Source of the DNA: an uncultured Acidobacteriota bacterium
GTDB taxonomy: Bacteria; Acidobacteriota; Terriglobia; UBA7540
Direction of reading: 5' to 3'
DNA length: 64,000 nucleotides
Assembly (NCBI GenBank): GCA_963804995.1
Contig: CAWDSK010000001.1
Coordinates: 544,001 to 608,000, forward strand
Shown: positions 10,326 to 20,630 of the stretch, piece after piece
Layout: the number at the start of each line of letters is the position of its first letter
Numbering within the stretch: the stretch's first letter is position 1
The notes under the pieces: generated by a model
What the model was told of the DNA's origin: nothing
The model's input: the letters and a program-made list of their open reading frames with translations, nothing else
Database searches by the model: none
Program-made: the position numbers and the translations under genes

Positions 10326-11426
10326 ATGAAAAAATTGCTCTTTCTAGTGCTACTTCTCAGTCTGAGCGCGAGGGGTGGATTCGCCCAGGCGGCGAAGACT
10401 CGTCTCGCCATTATAGGTCTCGACCACGATCACGTATGGGGCCTGCTTGGAACCATCGCCAAAACTCCAGAGGCGGAACTGGTGGCTATTGCCGACCCGC
10501 ACCCGGAGCTGGTGGCGAAGGCGAAAGCCAAAGTTCCTGCCAGCGTGAAGTTCTTCGCCGACTACGCGCAGATGCTCGACCAGGTGAAGCCGGAGGCGGT
10601 CATCGTCACCACGGCCAATAATCGGCATCTCGAAATCCTGCGTGCCTGCGTCCAGCGGCACGTGCATTTCTTCACTGAAAAGCCCATGGCCGCGACGGGT
10701 TCGGACGCGCGCGAAATGGAGCGACTGGCGCGGGAGGCGGGCATCAAGCTGATGGTGAATTACTGGAATGCCTGGGCTCCCCCCACGCAGGCTGCCTACG
10801 CGCGGCTGAAGGCCGGCGAGCTTGGACCCATTCAGAAAATGATCATCGAATTTGGCCACGAGGGTCCGAAGGAAATCGGAGTCTCAAAGGAATTTGGGGA
10901 GTGGCTCTACGATCCGGATAAGAATGGTGCGGGCGCCCTGATGGACTTTGCCTGCTACGGTGCGGATTGGGCGCTGTGGGCAAAGGGGCGGCCCCAGCGG
11001 GTTTACGCCTATTCACTCAAGCTGAAAACCGCGCAGCACAATAAGGTTGAAGACGACGCGGTGGTCCTGCTGGAGTACGCGGACGCGACGGCGATCCTGC
11101 TGCCTTCCTGGGACTGGCCGTACGGTAAGGGCCAGGCAGAGTTTTTTGGTCCCAAGGGCAGCTTCCTGGTCATGGGCGACGGATTGCTCTTCCAGCCTGC
11201 CCATAAGGATACCAAGGCCCAGAATCCCGACGGCACACTGGTGCCCACCCCACCGCTGCCGCCCGAGAAGCAAAACGGCATCACTTATTTTCTCGATTGC
11301 CTTCGCAATAACAAACCGATTGAGGGTCCAGTAACAGCGGAACTCAACGTGGGCGTGAATGAAATCATCGACGCGGCGAAGGAGTCCATTCGCACCGGCC
11401 GCGCGGTGGATTTGGCGAGCAAGTGA
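10326..11426 (+). CDS. Gfo/Idh/MocA family oxidoreductase with signal peptide
   Basis: TEKPMA, GAGALMDFACY; N-terminal MKKLLFLVLL...AQA. Confidence 0.88.
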   Translation: MKKLLFLVLLLSLSARGGFAQAAKTRLAIIGLDHDHVWGLLGTIAKTPEAELVAIADPHPELVAKAKAKVPASVKFFADYAQMLDQVKPEAVIVTTANNRHLEILRACVQRHVHFFTEKPMAATGSDAREMERLAREAGIKLMVNYWNAWAPPTQAAYARLKAGELGPIQKMIIEFGHEGPKEIGVSKEFGEWLYDPDKNGAGALMDFACYGADWALWAKGRPQRVYAYSLKLKTAQHNKVEDDAVVLLEYADATAILLPSWDWPYGKGQAEFFGPKGSFLVMGDGLLFQPAHKDTKAQNPDGTLVPTPPLPPEKQNGITYFLDCLRNNKPIEGPVTAELNVGVNEIIDAAKESIRTGRAVDLASK

Positions 11427-11914
11427 GTTGAACAGCTAGCGGGCACCCCCCGGCGCCATAAACGTTAACCTGAAACCAGCGTGAAAAATGGGAAGAACCC
11501 AGCTTCCAGCGTCTAGAAACACAGCTTTTGCAGCACTCGAATACAAAAACAAGATTTGCCTTTTGCCCTTAGTTCGGCGCGACGCTTAAACCAACGGGTG
11601 ACCGCCCTTGAGGCGGCCCCACTCAGCAAGCCACCCGCTTTGCGGGGGGCGTCTGACTGATCCAGGACAGGGCAAATACACTCGCCTTTCATGTGTCGAA
11701 TTTCGCATTCTAGTATCTCCGAACGGCGACTTTGGCCTGGGTTTTTGGGGTTGAGTCATCAAATAAATGACAAACAGCAAGAAAATGGATGTAAGCTCTC
11801 GTTTCTCTTGGTCCTGGCAGGATACCCAGGCCTCAGCGGAAGGACCGATTCTGGCAGAGCGATTGCGAGGGAAAGCACCCAGATAGGCTGAATCCACCGT
11901 GCCCGGAGGCGAGA

Positions 11915-13114
11915 ATGTCCGGTCCCCCCCAAACGGATCTCAAGGCTTGGCAGCGCAGCGCCATCCGGAATACGATGGCGAACTACCGTCGCGCCCAGGA
12001 GAATTACTACATCAGTGGCAAGCCGCTGGTGGAATTAGAGGATGGCACCAAGGCTTTTTCTCTCCTCACGCCTCCGCTGGGCTCCCTGGCGGCCCGGCGC
12101 CGGGTGAAGTTGATTATGGGGAACATGCTCCAAGCGAATGCTGCCGCCCCAACCCAAGTGCAGTTCGCCACCGCAGGACGCACGCCCCACGTCATTACGG
12201 TCGCGGTCACTTACAACTGCCAGTGCGACTGCCTGCATTGCTCGGCGGTGGATTATCAGGAAAGAACGCGCCGCGAGAAAAGCTGCCCTCCGCCTCGGCG
12301 AGTTGAAGAGGGCGATCGAACGAGAGCCTCGCCCTGGGCACGACCTGCGTCGTCCTGACGGGGGGCGAGCCTTTACTCTACGAGCACATTTATGAACTCA
12401 TCGCCGCGGTCGACAGATCCCGCAGCGTCATGCACGATGTTTACCAACGGCGAGTTTCTGCGGGAGCACACAGTGGAGCGGCTGAAGAACGCGGGGGTGT
12501 TCGGCGTGTTCGTCAGCCTGGACCACGCCGACTCCGGCCGGCACGACGCCAACCGCCAGCGTCCCGGCCTGGCGGAAAAGGCTTACCGCGGCGTGAGGCT
12601 CTGCCAGCAGGCTGGCATCCTCACCGGCATCTCCACCTACGCGACCAAGGAGAAAATCGATAACGGCGAACTGGATGCGATGATGGACGTCGCACGTGAC
12701 CTGGGCGTGCTGGAAGTCTTTCTCTTCGATGTCATCCCCACCGGGCGGCTCTCCGCGCAGCACGAGTGCATGCTCAGTGAGGCGGACGCGCGCCGCATCG
12801 TTGACTTCCGTGCGAAATACACGGCTCTGCCCGATTACCCGCGTATCATCCACCAGACGATGTTCTCCAGCATCGCCTATCCCTGCGTGGCGGAGGGCTG
12901 CCCGGCCGCCATGGTGCAATTGCACCTGCGGGCCAACGGCGATGTGTGCCCCTGCGATTTCACCCCGTACTCCTTCGGCAATATTCGCCAGCGGCCGCTG
13001 CGGGAGATCTGGGAATCGATGAGCGCCGATCCGCTGTACGCCAAGCCGTCGGCGCGCTGCCGCCTGTCGCAGGAGGCCTTCTGGTCGAAGCTGTCGGAGT
13101 TGCCTCCCGTGTAG
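11915..13114 (+). CDS. Radical SAM protein with SPASM/twitch domain, three +1 frameshifts at about 12281-12430
   Basis: CQCDCLHC (CxxxCxxC); VLTGGEPLL read in a third frame; FTNG, VSLD; GCPAA...GDVCPCDF...GNI. Confidence 0.85.
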
Positions 13115-13153
13115 GCAATCGCCCCGACGACTCCTGTGAATAGGCATCAAGAA

Positions 13154-14275
13154 ATGTCTTTCTTCCGAATCGCCCTCAAGAACCTCCTTCGACGCCGCCT
13201 GCGCACCGCGCTCACGCTCTGCGGAGTGGCGGTTGGTATCGCGGCATTCGTGGCGTTGGTGGGGTTTTCGCGTTCCTTTGAGCAGCAATGGCTGAAGCTT
13301 TATGAAAGCTCGGGTACCGACCTCGCGGTCGTGCAGAAGACCTTCCTGAATACTTCTGTAGATGAAGGGGCAGGGGAAAAGCTGCGCGCCCTCCCCGCCG
13401 TCGCGGCCGCTGAGCCCATGATCGTGAACCTGATGGACCTCACCCCCGAGGTCAACGCCCTGGTCTATGGATGGCCGGACAATTCTTTTGAAATGGATTC
13501 GCTCACTCTTCTCCAGGGACGCCGGTTTCACGACGATCAGCCCGAAGTGATGCTGGGCGAAGTGCTGGCGGAAAACCTCGGAAAGAAGGCCAACGAGGAT
13601 TTGGAGATTCAAGGCGCCACCTTTCATGTAGTGGGCGTGTTCCGCGGAGGCTCGGCCTTGGAGGCCGGCGCGGCGATTATGCCCCTGCGGCAGTTACAGA
13701 AGCTCGCCGACCTCGGAGGCAAGGTCACGGCTTTCCATGTGCGCCTGCGCAAACCGCCCGGCGGAGAACTAGACCCGAAGCGTATTCAACAGGCCCGCGG
13801 CGCGATTGAAGCAGCGCTCCCGGGCCTAAAAGCCGTCCCCGCCAGCGACCGCGCGCACAACAATCAATTCGTCGCGCTGGCCCGGTCCACGGCCTGGGGC
13901 ACGTCACTCATCGCGCTTCTCATCGGCGCCCTGGGCATCGCCAACACCATGGCCATGTCGGTATTCGAACGCACCAAAGAGATCGGCGTCTTGCGCGCCT
14001 TGGGTTGGAGGCGCTCGCGGGTGATGAAGCTCATCCTCATCGAGGCAGCGGTCCTGGGCTTGGCGGGGGGCTGTTTCGGCGTGGCGGGCGGGTGGCTGGC
14101 GCTGCGCATCCTGGCCGGCCTGCCCTTCACGGCCAGCTTCGTCACCAGCTCGATTCCCATCATGCACTGCGTGGAAGCGCTGTGCATCGCGGTGCTCGTC
14201 GGCCTGCTGGCCGGTTTCCTGCCCGCCCATCGCGGAGCGCGGCTTTCGCCCGTGGAGGCGTTGCGCTATGAATGA
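13154..14275 (+). CDS. ABC transporter permease, MacB/FtsX (LolC/E-like) family
   Basis: ERTKEIGVLRALG, PAHRGARLSPVEALRYE. Confidence 0.92.
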   Translation: MSFFRIALKNLLRRRLRTALTLCGVAVGIAAFVALVGFSRSFEQQWLKLYESSGTDLAVVQKTFLNTSVDEGAGEKLRALPAVAAAEPMIVNLMDLTPEVNALVYGWPDNSFEMDSLTLLQGRRFHDDQPEVMLGEVLAENLGKKANEDLEIQGATFHVVGVFRGGSALEAGAAIMPLRQLQKLADLGGKVTAFHVRLRKPPGGELDPKRIQQARGAIEAALPGLKAVPASDRAHNNQFVALARSTAWGTSLIALLIGALGIANTMAMSVFERTKEIGVLRALGWRRSRVMKLILIEAAVLGLAGGCFGVAGGWLALRILAGLPFTASFVTSSIPIMHCVEALCIAVLVGLLAGFLPAHRGARLSPVEALRYE

Positions 14276-14936
14276 TGGCCTGCTTGAGGCGAGGAACGTC
14301 ACCAAGCATTACGACGAGGGCCGCATTCAGGCCTTGCGCGGCGTCGATCTGGCGGTCAACGCCGGCGAGTTTGTGGCCATCACGGGCCCCAGCGGCAGCG
14401 GCAAATCCACCCTCCTGCACCTGCTGGGCGGACTGGACCAACCCACCAGCGGGGAGATCAGGTTCCGGGGCCAAAAGCTGGCCAACTCCTTCGACCTGGA
14501 TGCTTACCGCTCGCGGAGCGTGGGCTTCATCTTCCAGGCCTTCCATTTGCTGCCCACGCTGCGGGCGCTGGAAAACGTTCAAGTGCCCATGTTTGAAACC
14601 AAGTTGAGCTTGCGCGAGCGTGAGGAGAAGGCCGCGGCGCTGTTGTGCGAGGTGGGGCTTGAGCACCGCCTCCGGCAGTATCCGAATCAGCTCTCCGCGG
14701 GCGAGCGCCAGCGCGCGGCCATCGCCCGCAGCCTGGCCAACGACCCCGAGATCCTGCTCGCCGACGAGCCCACCGGCAACCTCGACAGCGAGAACTCCGC
14801 CCTGGTCATGGCCTTGTTGACGGGCATTCAGGCCAAGCGCAACATGACTCTGGTGGTCGTCACGCACGAAGCCGCCATCGCGCAATTGGCCCAGCGCACG
14901 GTGCAGATTCGCGACGGCCGCATCTGGACCCACTAA
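14268..14936 (+). CDS. ABC transporter ATP-binding protein (LolD/MacB type)
   Basis: GPSGSGKS, LSAGERQR, LLADEPTGNLD. Confidence 0.95.
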   Translation: MNDGLLEARNVTKHYDEGRIQALRGVDLAVNAGEFVAITGPSGSGKSTLLHLLGGLDQPTSGEIRFRGQKLANSFDLDAYRSRSVGFIFQAFHLLPTLRALENVQVPMFETKLSLREREEKAAALLCEVGLEHRLRQYPNQLSAGERQRAAIARSLANDPEILLADEPTGNLDSENSALVMALLTGIQAKRNMTLVVVTHEAAIAQLAQRTVQIRDGRIWTH

Positions 14937-14939
14937 GCC

Positions 14940-15699
14940 ATGCCCCTGCCCCATCGACTCGTTGCCTCGCTGCTTCTGTCCGTGGCCATCTCTGCCCGCC
15001 GCCACGCGGGAGGAAGTGGTGGCGCGGCTTCTCTCCCTCCGCAACGCGACCGACTATACGGCCAGCGCCCGCCTGGTGCGTGTCTCGGCGTCAGGTGAGC
15101 GTAACAACATCTCCATTGCCTTCCGAGCCCACGCGTTCCCTGACGGTCTGCGAATCTTTTGTGACGTAACCGCTCCGCCGCCCGCGCGCGCCCGCTTGCT
15201 CCTGTTCGTTCCCTCCCAGGGCCCAGCGACCATCCGTATTGGTCATCCCGGCGACCGGTCGCCCAAAGAACTGCCCAGGGAGCGCTGGGGCGAGAGCCTG
15301 CTGGGCACGGATTTCACTTACGAGGATCTGCTGGAGAACTCCGTGTTGTGGCGGCGCCAGACACTGCTTCCGGAGGCGCAATACGGAGCGCGCACTTGCC
15401 TGGTCTTGCGGAGCGAGCCCGGGCCCGAAGATCACAGCCAGTATGCATCGGTCACCTCGTGGCTCGACCGGGAGATTTATCATGCGGTGAAAGTGGAGAA
15501 GGTCGTGAAGAATTCCGGCGAGGTGAGGGTGTTCATCTACTATGGCCTGCGCCAGGTGAAAGGCGTGTGGTCCGCCAGCCAGATCGAGTGCAAGGTGGCG
15601 GGCAAACCCGGCTCGTCCCTCTTGATTATCAACCGCGGCGCCGAGAAACCCCACCTGGATCGCACTGCCTTCGATCCCACCCTGCTAACCAAGCCCTGA
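14940..15699 (+). CDS. LolA-like outer membrane lipoprotein-sorting protein, +1 frameshift in the signal region
   Basis: LLGTDFTYEDL motif; signal-like start MPLPHRLVASLLLSVAI at 14940 in the adjacent frame. Confidence 0.7.
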
Positions 15700-16082
15700 T
15701 TCCTCCGTGGGAAAGCCCTGCCCTTTCCAACCCGTGGGAAGAAATCCGGGTGAATTCCTGCCAGGCGGTCGTCACTTGACTCCCAGCTCCTCGCGCGGAA
15801 GCAAGTCCGGCAGCCCCCAGCAGCGAATTGCCGAAAGCAATTCCGGAGGGATGGCGGGGACCTGGGCCAGGAAATCGTCAATTAGGAAGACGGTCGTCTT
15901 GCACTGGCGCGATCTTCGGTCGTAGCCTTGGCAGTTGCGCGCGGCGCACGGGGACGTGATCAGCTTGGTCGTGTAACTTGCATACGAAAGTGTGGTGCGG
16001 CCCGGCTGACTGCTGCGAAGTCCATCTCCCATCAATGACTTCCACGCAATTTATTGCGAGGCGATCGGGGCACTGGATGACT

Positions 16083-17238
16083 TTACAGCGGGCCGATGTC
16101 AACCCAGGAGCGCTTGCGCCATGACTCCAGGCCTTTCTCGGCGAGCTGCAAGCCCTTGGCGCCTTCGAGCAGGCTCCAACGGAACGGCTCATCCTTCACG
16201 ACGTAGCGCAGGAATAACTCCCACTGCCGCTTGAAGGCGTTGTCATAAGTTTCCTGCTCCGGCACCTTTTGCCATCCCTCGAAATAGTCGAGCGTACTCG
16301 GCACGTCCGGATCCCACACCGGACGGGGGGTTGCTCCATAGGGCTGAATCCAGCAATCGCGCAATCCCGCCACCGCAGTACCCTTCGTGCCTTCCACCTG
16401 AATCGTCAGCAGGTCGTCCCGGCGGACCCGCACACACCAGGAAGAGCTGAAGGGGGCAAGGATGCCGCCCTCCAGTTCAAAGGTGGCGTAAGCGGAATCG
16501 TCAGCCGTGCATTCATAAGGCTTGCCTTCTTCATCGCGCCGTTGGGGGATGTGGGTTGCGCCCACACAGGAAACCGCTTTCACGGGGGCAAAGATGTTGT
16601 CGAGAACATAGCGCCAGTGGCAGAACATATCGATGATGATCCCGCCGCCTTCTTCCTTGCGGTAGTTCCACGAGGGGCGCTGAGAAGGAACCGTGTCGCC
16701 CTCGAAAACCCAATAGCCGAACTCTCCGCGTACTGCGAAAATGCGCCCGAAGAAGCCCGTATCGCGCAGCCTTTGGATCTTCAGCAAGCCCGGCAGCCAG
16801 AGTTTGTCCTGCACCACGCCGTGCTTGAGGCCGGCAGCTTCCGCCAGCCGGTAAAGCTGGAGCGCTTGCTTCGAGAGTCTCAGCGACCGGCTTCTCGCAA
16901 TAGATGTGTTTGCGCGCGGCGATGGCTTTGGTCACTGACTCGGCGCGTTGCGCGGTGGTCTGGGAATCGAAATAAATGGAGTATTCAGCATTGTTGAGGG
17001 CTACATCAAGGTGGGTGGTGTAGGGCACGCCTCCCATCTCCCGGGAAATAGCCTCCAGCTTCGCAGGGTTTCTCCCCACCAGGAGCGGACGGGGCATGAT
17101 TCTTTCCACCGGGCTAATCTTGATGCCGCCTTGCTTGATAATGGCGTTAATCGAACGGCGGAGGTGCTGGTTCAGGCCCATGCGCCCGGTGATGCCGTTC
17201 ATTATGATTCCAATCGAGTGGGTCTTCTGGATGTCCAT
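16083..17238 (-). CDS. Gfo/Idh/MocA family oxidoreductase, +1 frameshift near 16865
   Basis: IIMNGITGRMG, YCEKP, VQDKLWLPGL, GGGIIIDMFCHW split over two ORFs. Confidence 0.88.
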
Positions 17239-17240
17239 GT

Positions 17241-17705
17241 TTACGCCTTTGGTTTTTCCGTGCATTGGGGATGGGCGCCGGAGGGGAGCGCCGGGGCTTC
17301 TACTCCCGCGCGGGGCAGGGTGCCCTCCAATTCCTGCCGCCAATGCGCCACATCGCCGGCGGGGCCGTAACAGTAAATCATGCGCATCGTCGTGGAGCCG
17401 GTGTTGGTAAGCTGGTGAAAGACCTTGGGAGGAATATAGACGGCCTGCCCTGCCTTGAGCGTCACCTTCTCAGCGCCCAAGCACATCTCGCCGGCGCCTT
17501 CGAGAACCAGGTAAATCTCTTCCTGCTCCTGGTTGTGCCAGGGGACCTGGCCACCCTCAGGCTCCAGCGTGACGCACCCCATCGAAAAGGTCTTGGCTTG
17601 GATGGGGCTGGCCCCGCCCACGATATTCTGCGTGCGGCGCCGCGCGGGATAGGTGCGGCCAGCGATTTCATTCAGGTCAGCAATAATCACAGGGTGTACT
17701 CCCAA
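17241..17705 (-). CDS. Cupin domain protein
   Basis: PWHNQEQEEIYLVLEG...YIPPKVFHQLTN. Confidence 0.88.
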   Translation of the reverse strand: MGVHPVIIADLNEIAGRTYPARRRTQNIVGGASPIQAKTFSMGCVTLEPEGGQVPWHNQEQEEIYLVLEGAGEMCLGAEKVTLKAGQAVYIPPKVFHQLTNTGSTTMRMIYCYGPAGDVAHWRQELEGTLPRAGVEAPALPSGAHPQCTEKPKA

Positions 17706-17999
17706 ATATCAAATGAAGTGATTGTCCGAGATGATTAATCTACAGCTTCGAACGCCGGACGGTGGGTCACAGGGAAGATCCGTTGCCGAAGTCGATCCTA
17801 CCTGGGCCCTATGCACGAAGTGTTCCAAGATACCCTTGCTCCGCTTCGAAATCAATTCTGCTGATTTCTTTTCCGGTTCATTATCGGCTATAACCCATCA
17901 TACCGTGTACGTTTGTGCGATTAAATCCCCGTGCTGGGCGGCGAGCTGAATTATAATCGCTCCGCCGTCAGGACTAACACCCACAGCTTCAGAGAGGAA

Positions 18000-19331
18000 A
18001 TGATGCCTTCCCCGCTACCCGACTATGTCCGCTCCTCGGTCCCCATCCCTGCTGCCCATCGCACTGCGTGGTATCTCAATACTTTTCCGTCTTACGCCGG
18101 GATCTTCCTCTGGGTGGGATTCTACCTGGGCCTGCCTGGCCCCACGCTCAGCCGCGCTGGAACGGGGGTGTGCCTGTTAGGGCTCCTGATTGCCGGCCTG
18201 CTTTGTTTCGCTTTTTATTACTACGCTCCGGCAATGCTGGGAATGCAGACCGGCCGGCCGCTTTACATCATCGGCACGTCGACGTTCGGGGTGACCGGGG
18301 GCTACCTGATGCCGGGATTGCTCATGGGGCTGCTGCAAATCGGATGGTTTGCCGTCGCCACCTCCATTTCCGCTCAGTTCATCCTGAAAGGCCTGCATCA
18401 GGAATCCAAAACCCTCTTCACCATCGTGGCGCTCGTTTGGGCTTACGGTTTGGCTTGGATCGCTCTCAAAGGGATCGCTTATGTGGCGCGCGTCGCCGAG
18501 ATCTTGAATTGGGTTCCGTTGATCATGATCGCAATCGTTTTCTGGAAGAATATGGGAGGCATCGCAAGCTATCGCCCGGCCCAACCCGACCCCTGGGGCG
18601 GGTTTGTAACCACCCTCGAAATCGTGCTCGGTTTTTTCGCGACCGCCGGCGCCGCCGGGGCTGACTTTGGGATGAGCAACCGCAATAGCCGCGACGTTTC
18701 CCTGGGAGGATTCACCGGCATCGCGCTGGCGATTCTGGTCGCCGGCGGACTTCCGATTCTTGCCGTTGCAGGGCACATCGGCAAAACGGCGGGGCCGCAG
18801 AGCTTCGATTATACCGTCACCATCTCGAGCGTAGGGGCGCTCGCCCCCATGGTCTTTTTCCTCTTCGCTGCCGCCTCCGTGACGCCCACGTGCTTCTGCA
18901 CATTTATCGCCTCCAACAGTTTTGCCACCATGCTGCCCAAGGTCCCGCGCACCTTATCCACCCTGGTGGGCGTCACCGTGGGAGCGGCCCTCGCCATCAC
19001 GGGAGTCGCGCAGAATTTGATCGGGTTTTTTGGGATTGTGGGTGCTTCCTTCGGTCCCATCTGCGGAGCCATCGCCGCCGACTATCTCCTGTCTGGAAAG
19101 AAGTGGGCAGGACCGCGCGCTGGCATCAATTGGGCAGGATATATTTCTTGGGCGCTGGGATTCCTGGTCGGCATCCTGGGCAAAATCCCGGGTGTTCCCG
19201 AATTCCTCGTCAAAGTAGACCGTCCCCCTACCTTATTCTCTTTCGTAGTGGGATTTGCAGTCTATTACACCCTTGTCAAGGTAGGATTCGAGCCCCCTAC
19301 CCTTCCCCTGGAAGAATCACCCGCACGCTAG
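18000..19331 (+). CDS. NCS1 family (cytosine permease-like) transporter
   Basis: About 12 TM segments; GMQTGRPL, STFG, QIGWFAV, FGPICGAIAADY. Confidence 0.8.
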   Translation: MMPSPLPDYVRSSVPIPAAHRTAWYLNTFPSYAGIFLWVGFYLGLPGPTLSRAGTGVCLLGLLIAGLLCFAFYYYAPAMLGMQTGRPLYIIGTSTFGVTGGYLMPGLLMGLLQIGWFAVATSISAQFILKGLHQESKTLFTIVALVWAYGLAWIALKGIAYVARVAEILNWVPLIMIAIVFWKNMGGIASYRPAQPDPWGGFVTTLEIVLGFFATAGAAGADFGMSNRNSRDVSLGGFTGIALAILVAGGLPILAVAGHIGKTAGPQSFDYTVTISSVGALAPMVFFLFAAASVTPTCFCTFIASNSFATMLPKVPRTLSTLVGVTVGAALAITGVAQNLIGFFGIVGASFGPICGAIAADYLLSGKKWAGPRAGINWAGYISWALGFLVGILGKIPGVPEFLVKVDRPPTLFSFVVGFAVYYTLVKVGFEPPTLPLEESPAR

Positions 19332-19340
19332 TGCCACGCC

Positions 19341-20354
19341 TCAAGGTTTCAGGACCACTTTGATGCGCGTGGATTTCGGGTTGACGAGGTCCTCGAAAAT
19401 TTCCTGCCCGTCCGCCAACGGCGCTTCGCTGATCATATCTCCCATAGCCAATCGGCCACCGGCAACCCACTCCACAGCTTTCTGAAACTCCCGGCGATTG
19501 TATGCGAAGGCGCCTGCCAGGCGAATCTCGCGGCGGATGATCTCCACACAATCAAGATTAGTTTCCTGATCCCCCAACCCGGCCAAGACGATGAGCCCGC
19601 CTGAGCGCACCAATCGCACGGCCAGTTGACGAGTCACAGAGAATCCCGCAGCATCAAACACCACGGCGCAGCCTTCCTCGCCGAAGAAGCGCTGAAGTTC
19701 TTCGACCGCACCAGCGTCCAGGGGATTCACGGTCATGTTTGCACCTAAGCGCCGCGCCGCCTCGGAACGGTGGGGATTGATCTCCACGACGGCGATCTTC
19801 GTAAAGTTCAGTTGACGCGCAGCCTGCAATCCCATCAAGCCGATGGGCCCGGCACCCAGAATGGCCAGTGGGCCGCGCTCCTCCCCGGCCAAGCCCGCCA
19901 TGTGCATGCCACACGCCAGGGATTCCACCAGGGCCCCTTGGTTGAAATCGACTTCGGCGGGGAGGGGGTCCAGGTTGGCAATAGGAACCTTCAGATATTC
20001 AGCGAAGCCACCCGCCACATGAAGTCCCAGCACTTGCCGACGCGGGCAAATGTAGTCCCGCCCGGATAAGCAGTAGGCGCACCGGCCACATCCCAAAAGA
20101 GGATAGACGGTCACGCGTGCTCCTGGAACAAAGGCTGCCTGCGCGGTGCCGACTTCGACCACTTCTCCCGCCATCTCGTGCCCGAGCACCAGCGGCGGAA
20201 TGCGGCCGCGGCTGTGGCCGAGCCACCCGTGCAAATCCGAACCGCACACGGCCACGGAATGAACACGCACTAGCGCCTCGCCCGACCCAGGTTTGGGATC
20301 GGGCCAATCCTGATACTCCAGCTTTCGCGGTCCGGTATAGACAAGGGCTTTCAT
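19341..20354 (-). CDS. Zn-dependent sugar-alcohol dehydrogenase (MDR family)
   Basis: CGSDLH, GHE, CGRCAYC...C, GAGPIG. Confidence 0.9.
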   Translation of the reverse strand: MKALVYTGPRKLEYQDWPDPKPGSGEALVRVHSVAVCGSDLHGWLGHSRGRIPPLVLGHEMAGEVVEVGTAQAAFVPGARVTVYPLLGCGRCAYCLSGRDYICPRRQVLGLHVAGGFAEYLKVPIANLDPLPAEVDFNQGALVESLACGMHMAGLAGEERGPLAILGAGPIGLMGLQAARQLNFTKIAVVEINPHRSEAARRLGANMTVNPLDAGAVEELQRFFGEEGCAVVFDAAGFSVTRQLAVRLVRSGGLIVLAGLGDQETNLDCVEIIRREIRLAGAFAYNRREFQKAVEWVAGGRLAMGDMISEAPLADGQEIFEDLVNPKSTRIKVVLKP

Positions 20355-20630
20355 GAAATCGTCTCCTCGGGAAAGTTACAGAACCTCTCTGCTCACGACA
20401 CCAAACGCCCCCGCGCTATGAGCCGGAAAGTATACGTCAAATGCACTATGGCACGGTGAGGTAATCTGACAATCCGCTGCCCTCCCGCCCATCGCGATTT
20501 GAGGCGCACCGCTGGACGCACCTGCGGCAGGAATCTATAATCCCTTACACCGCCTTCAGGGGGATTCATGAGTAACTGGAAAAAAGTCTTCATGCGCTCC
20601 TTGTGCCGAAGTGCCAGCGGAAGGAGAGAC

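Noticed and set aside
15772..16035. Cys-containing 87-aa ORF downstream of the oxidoreductase
   Set aside because: No recognisable family; could be a fragment but cannot be supported from sequence alone.
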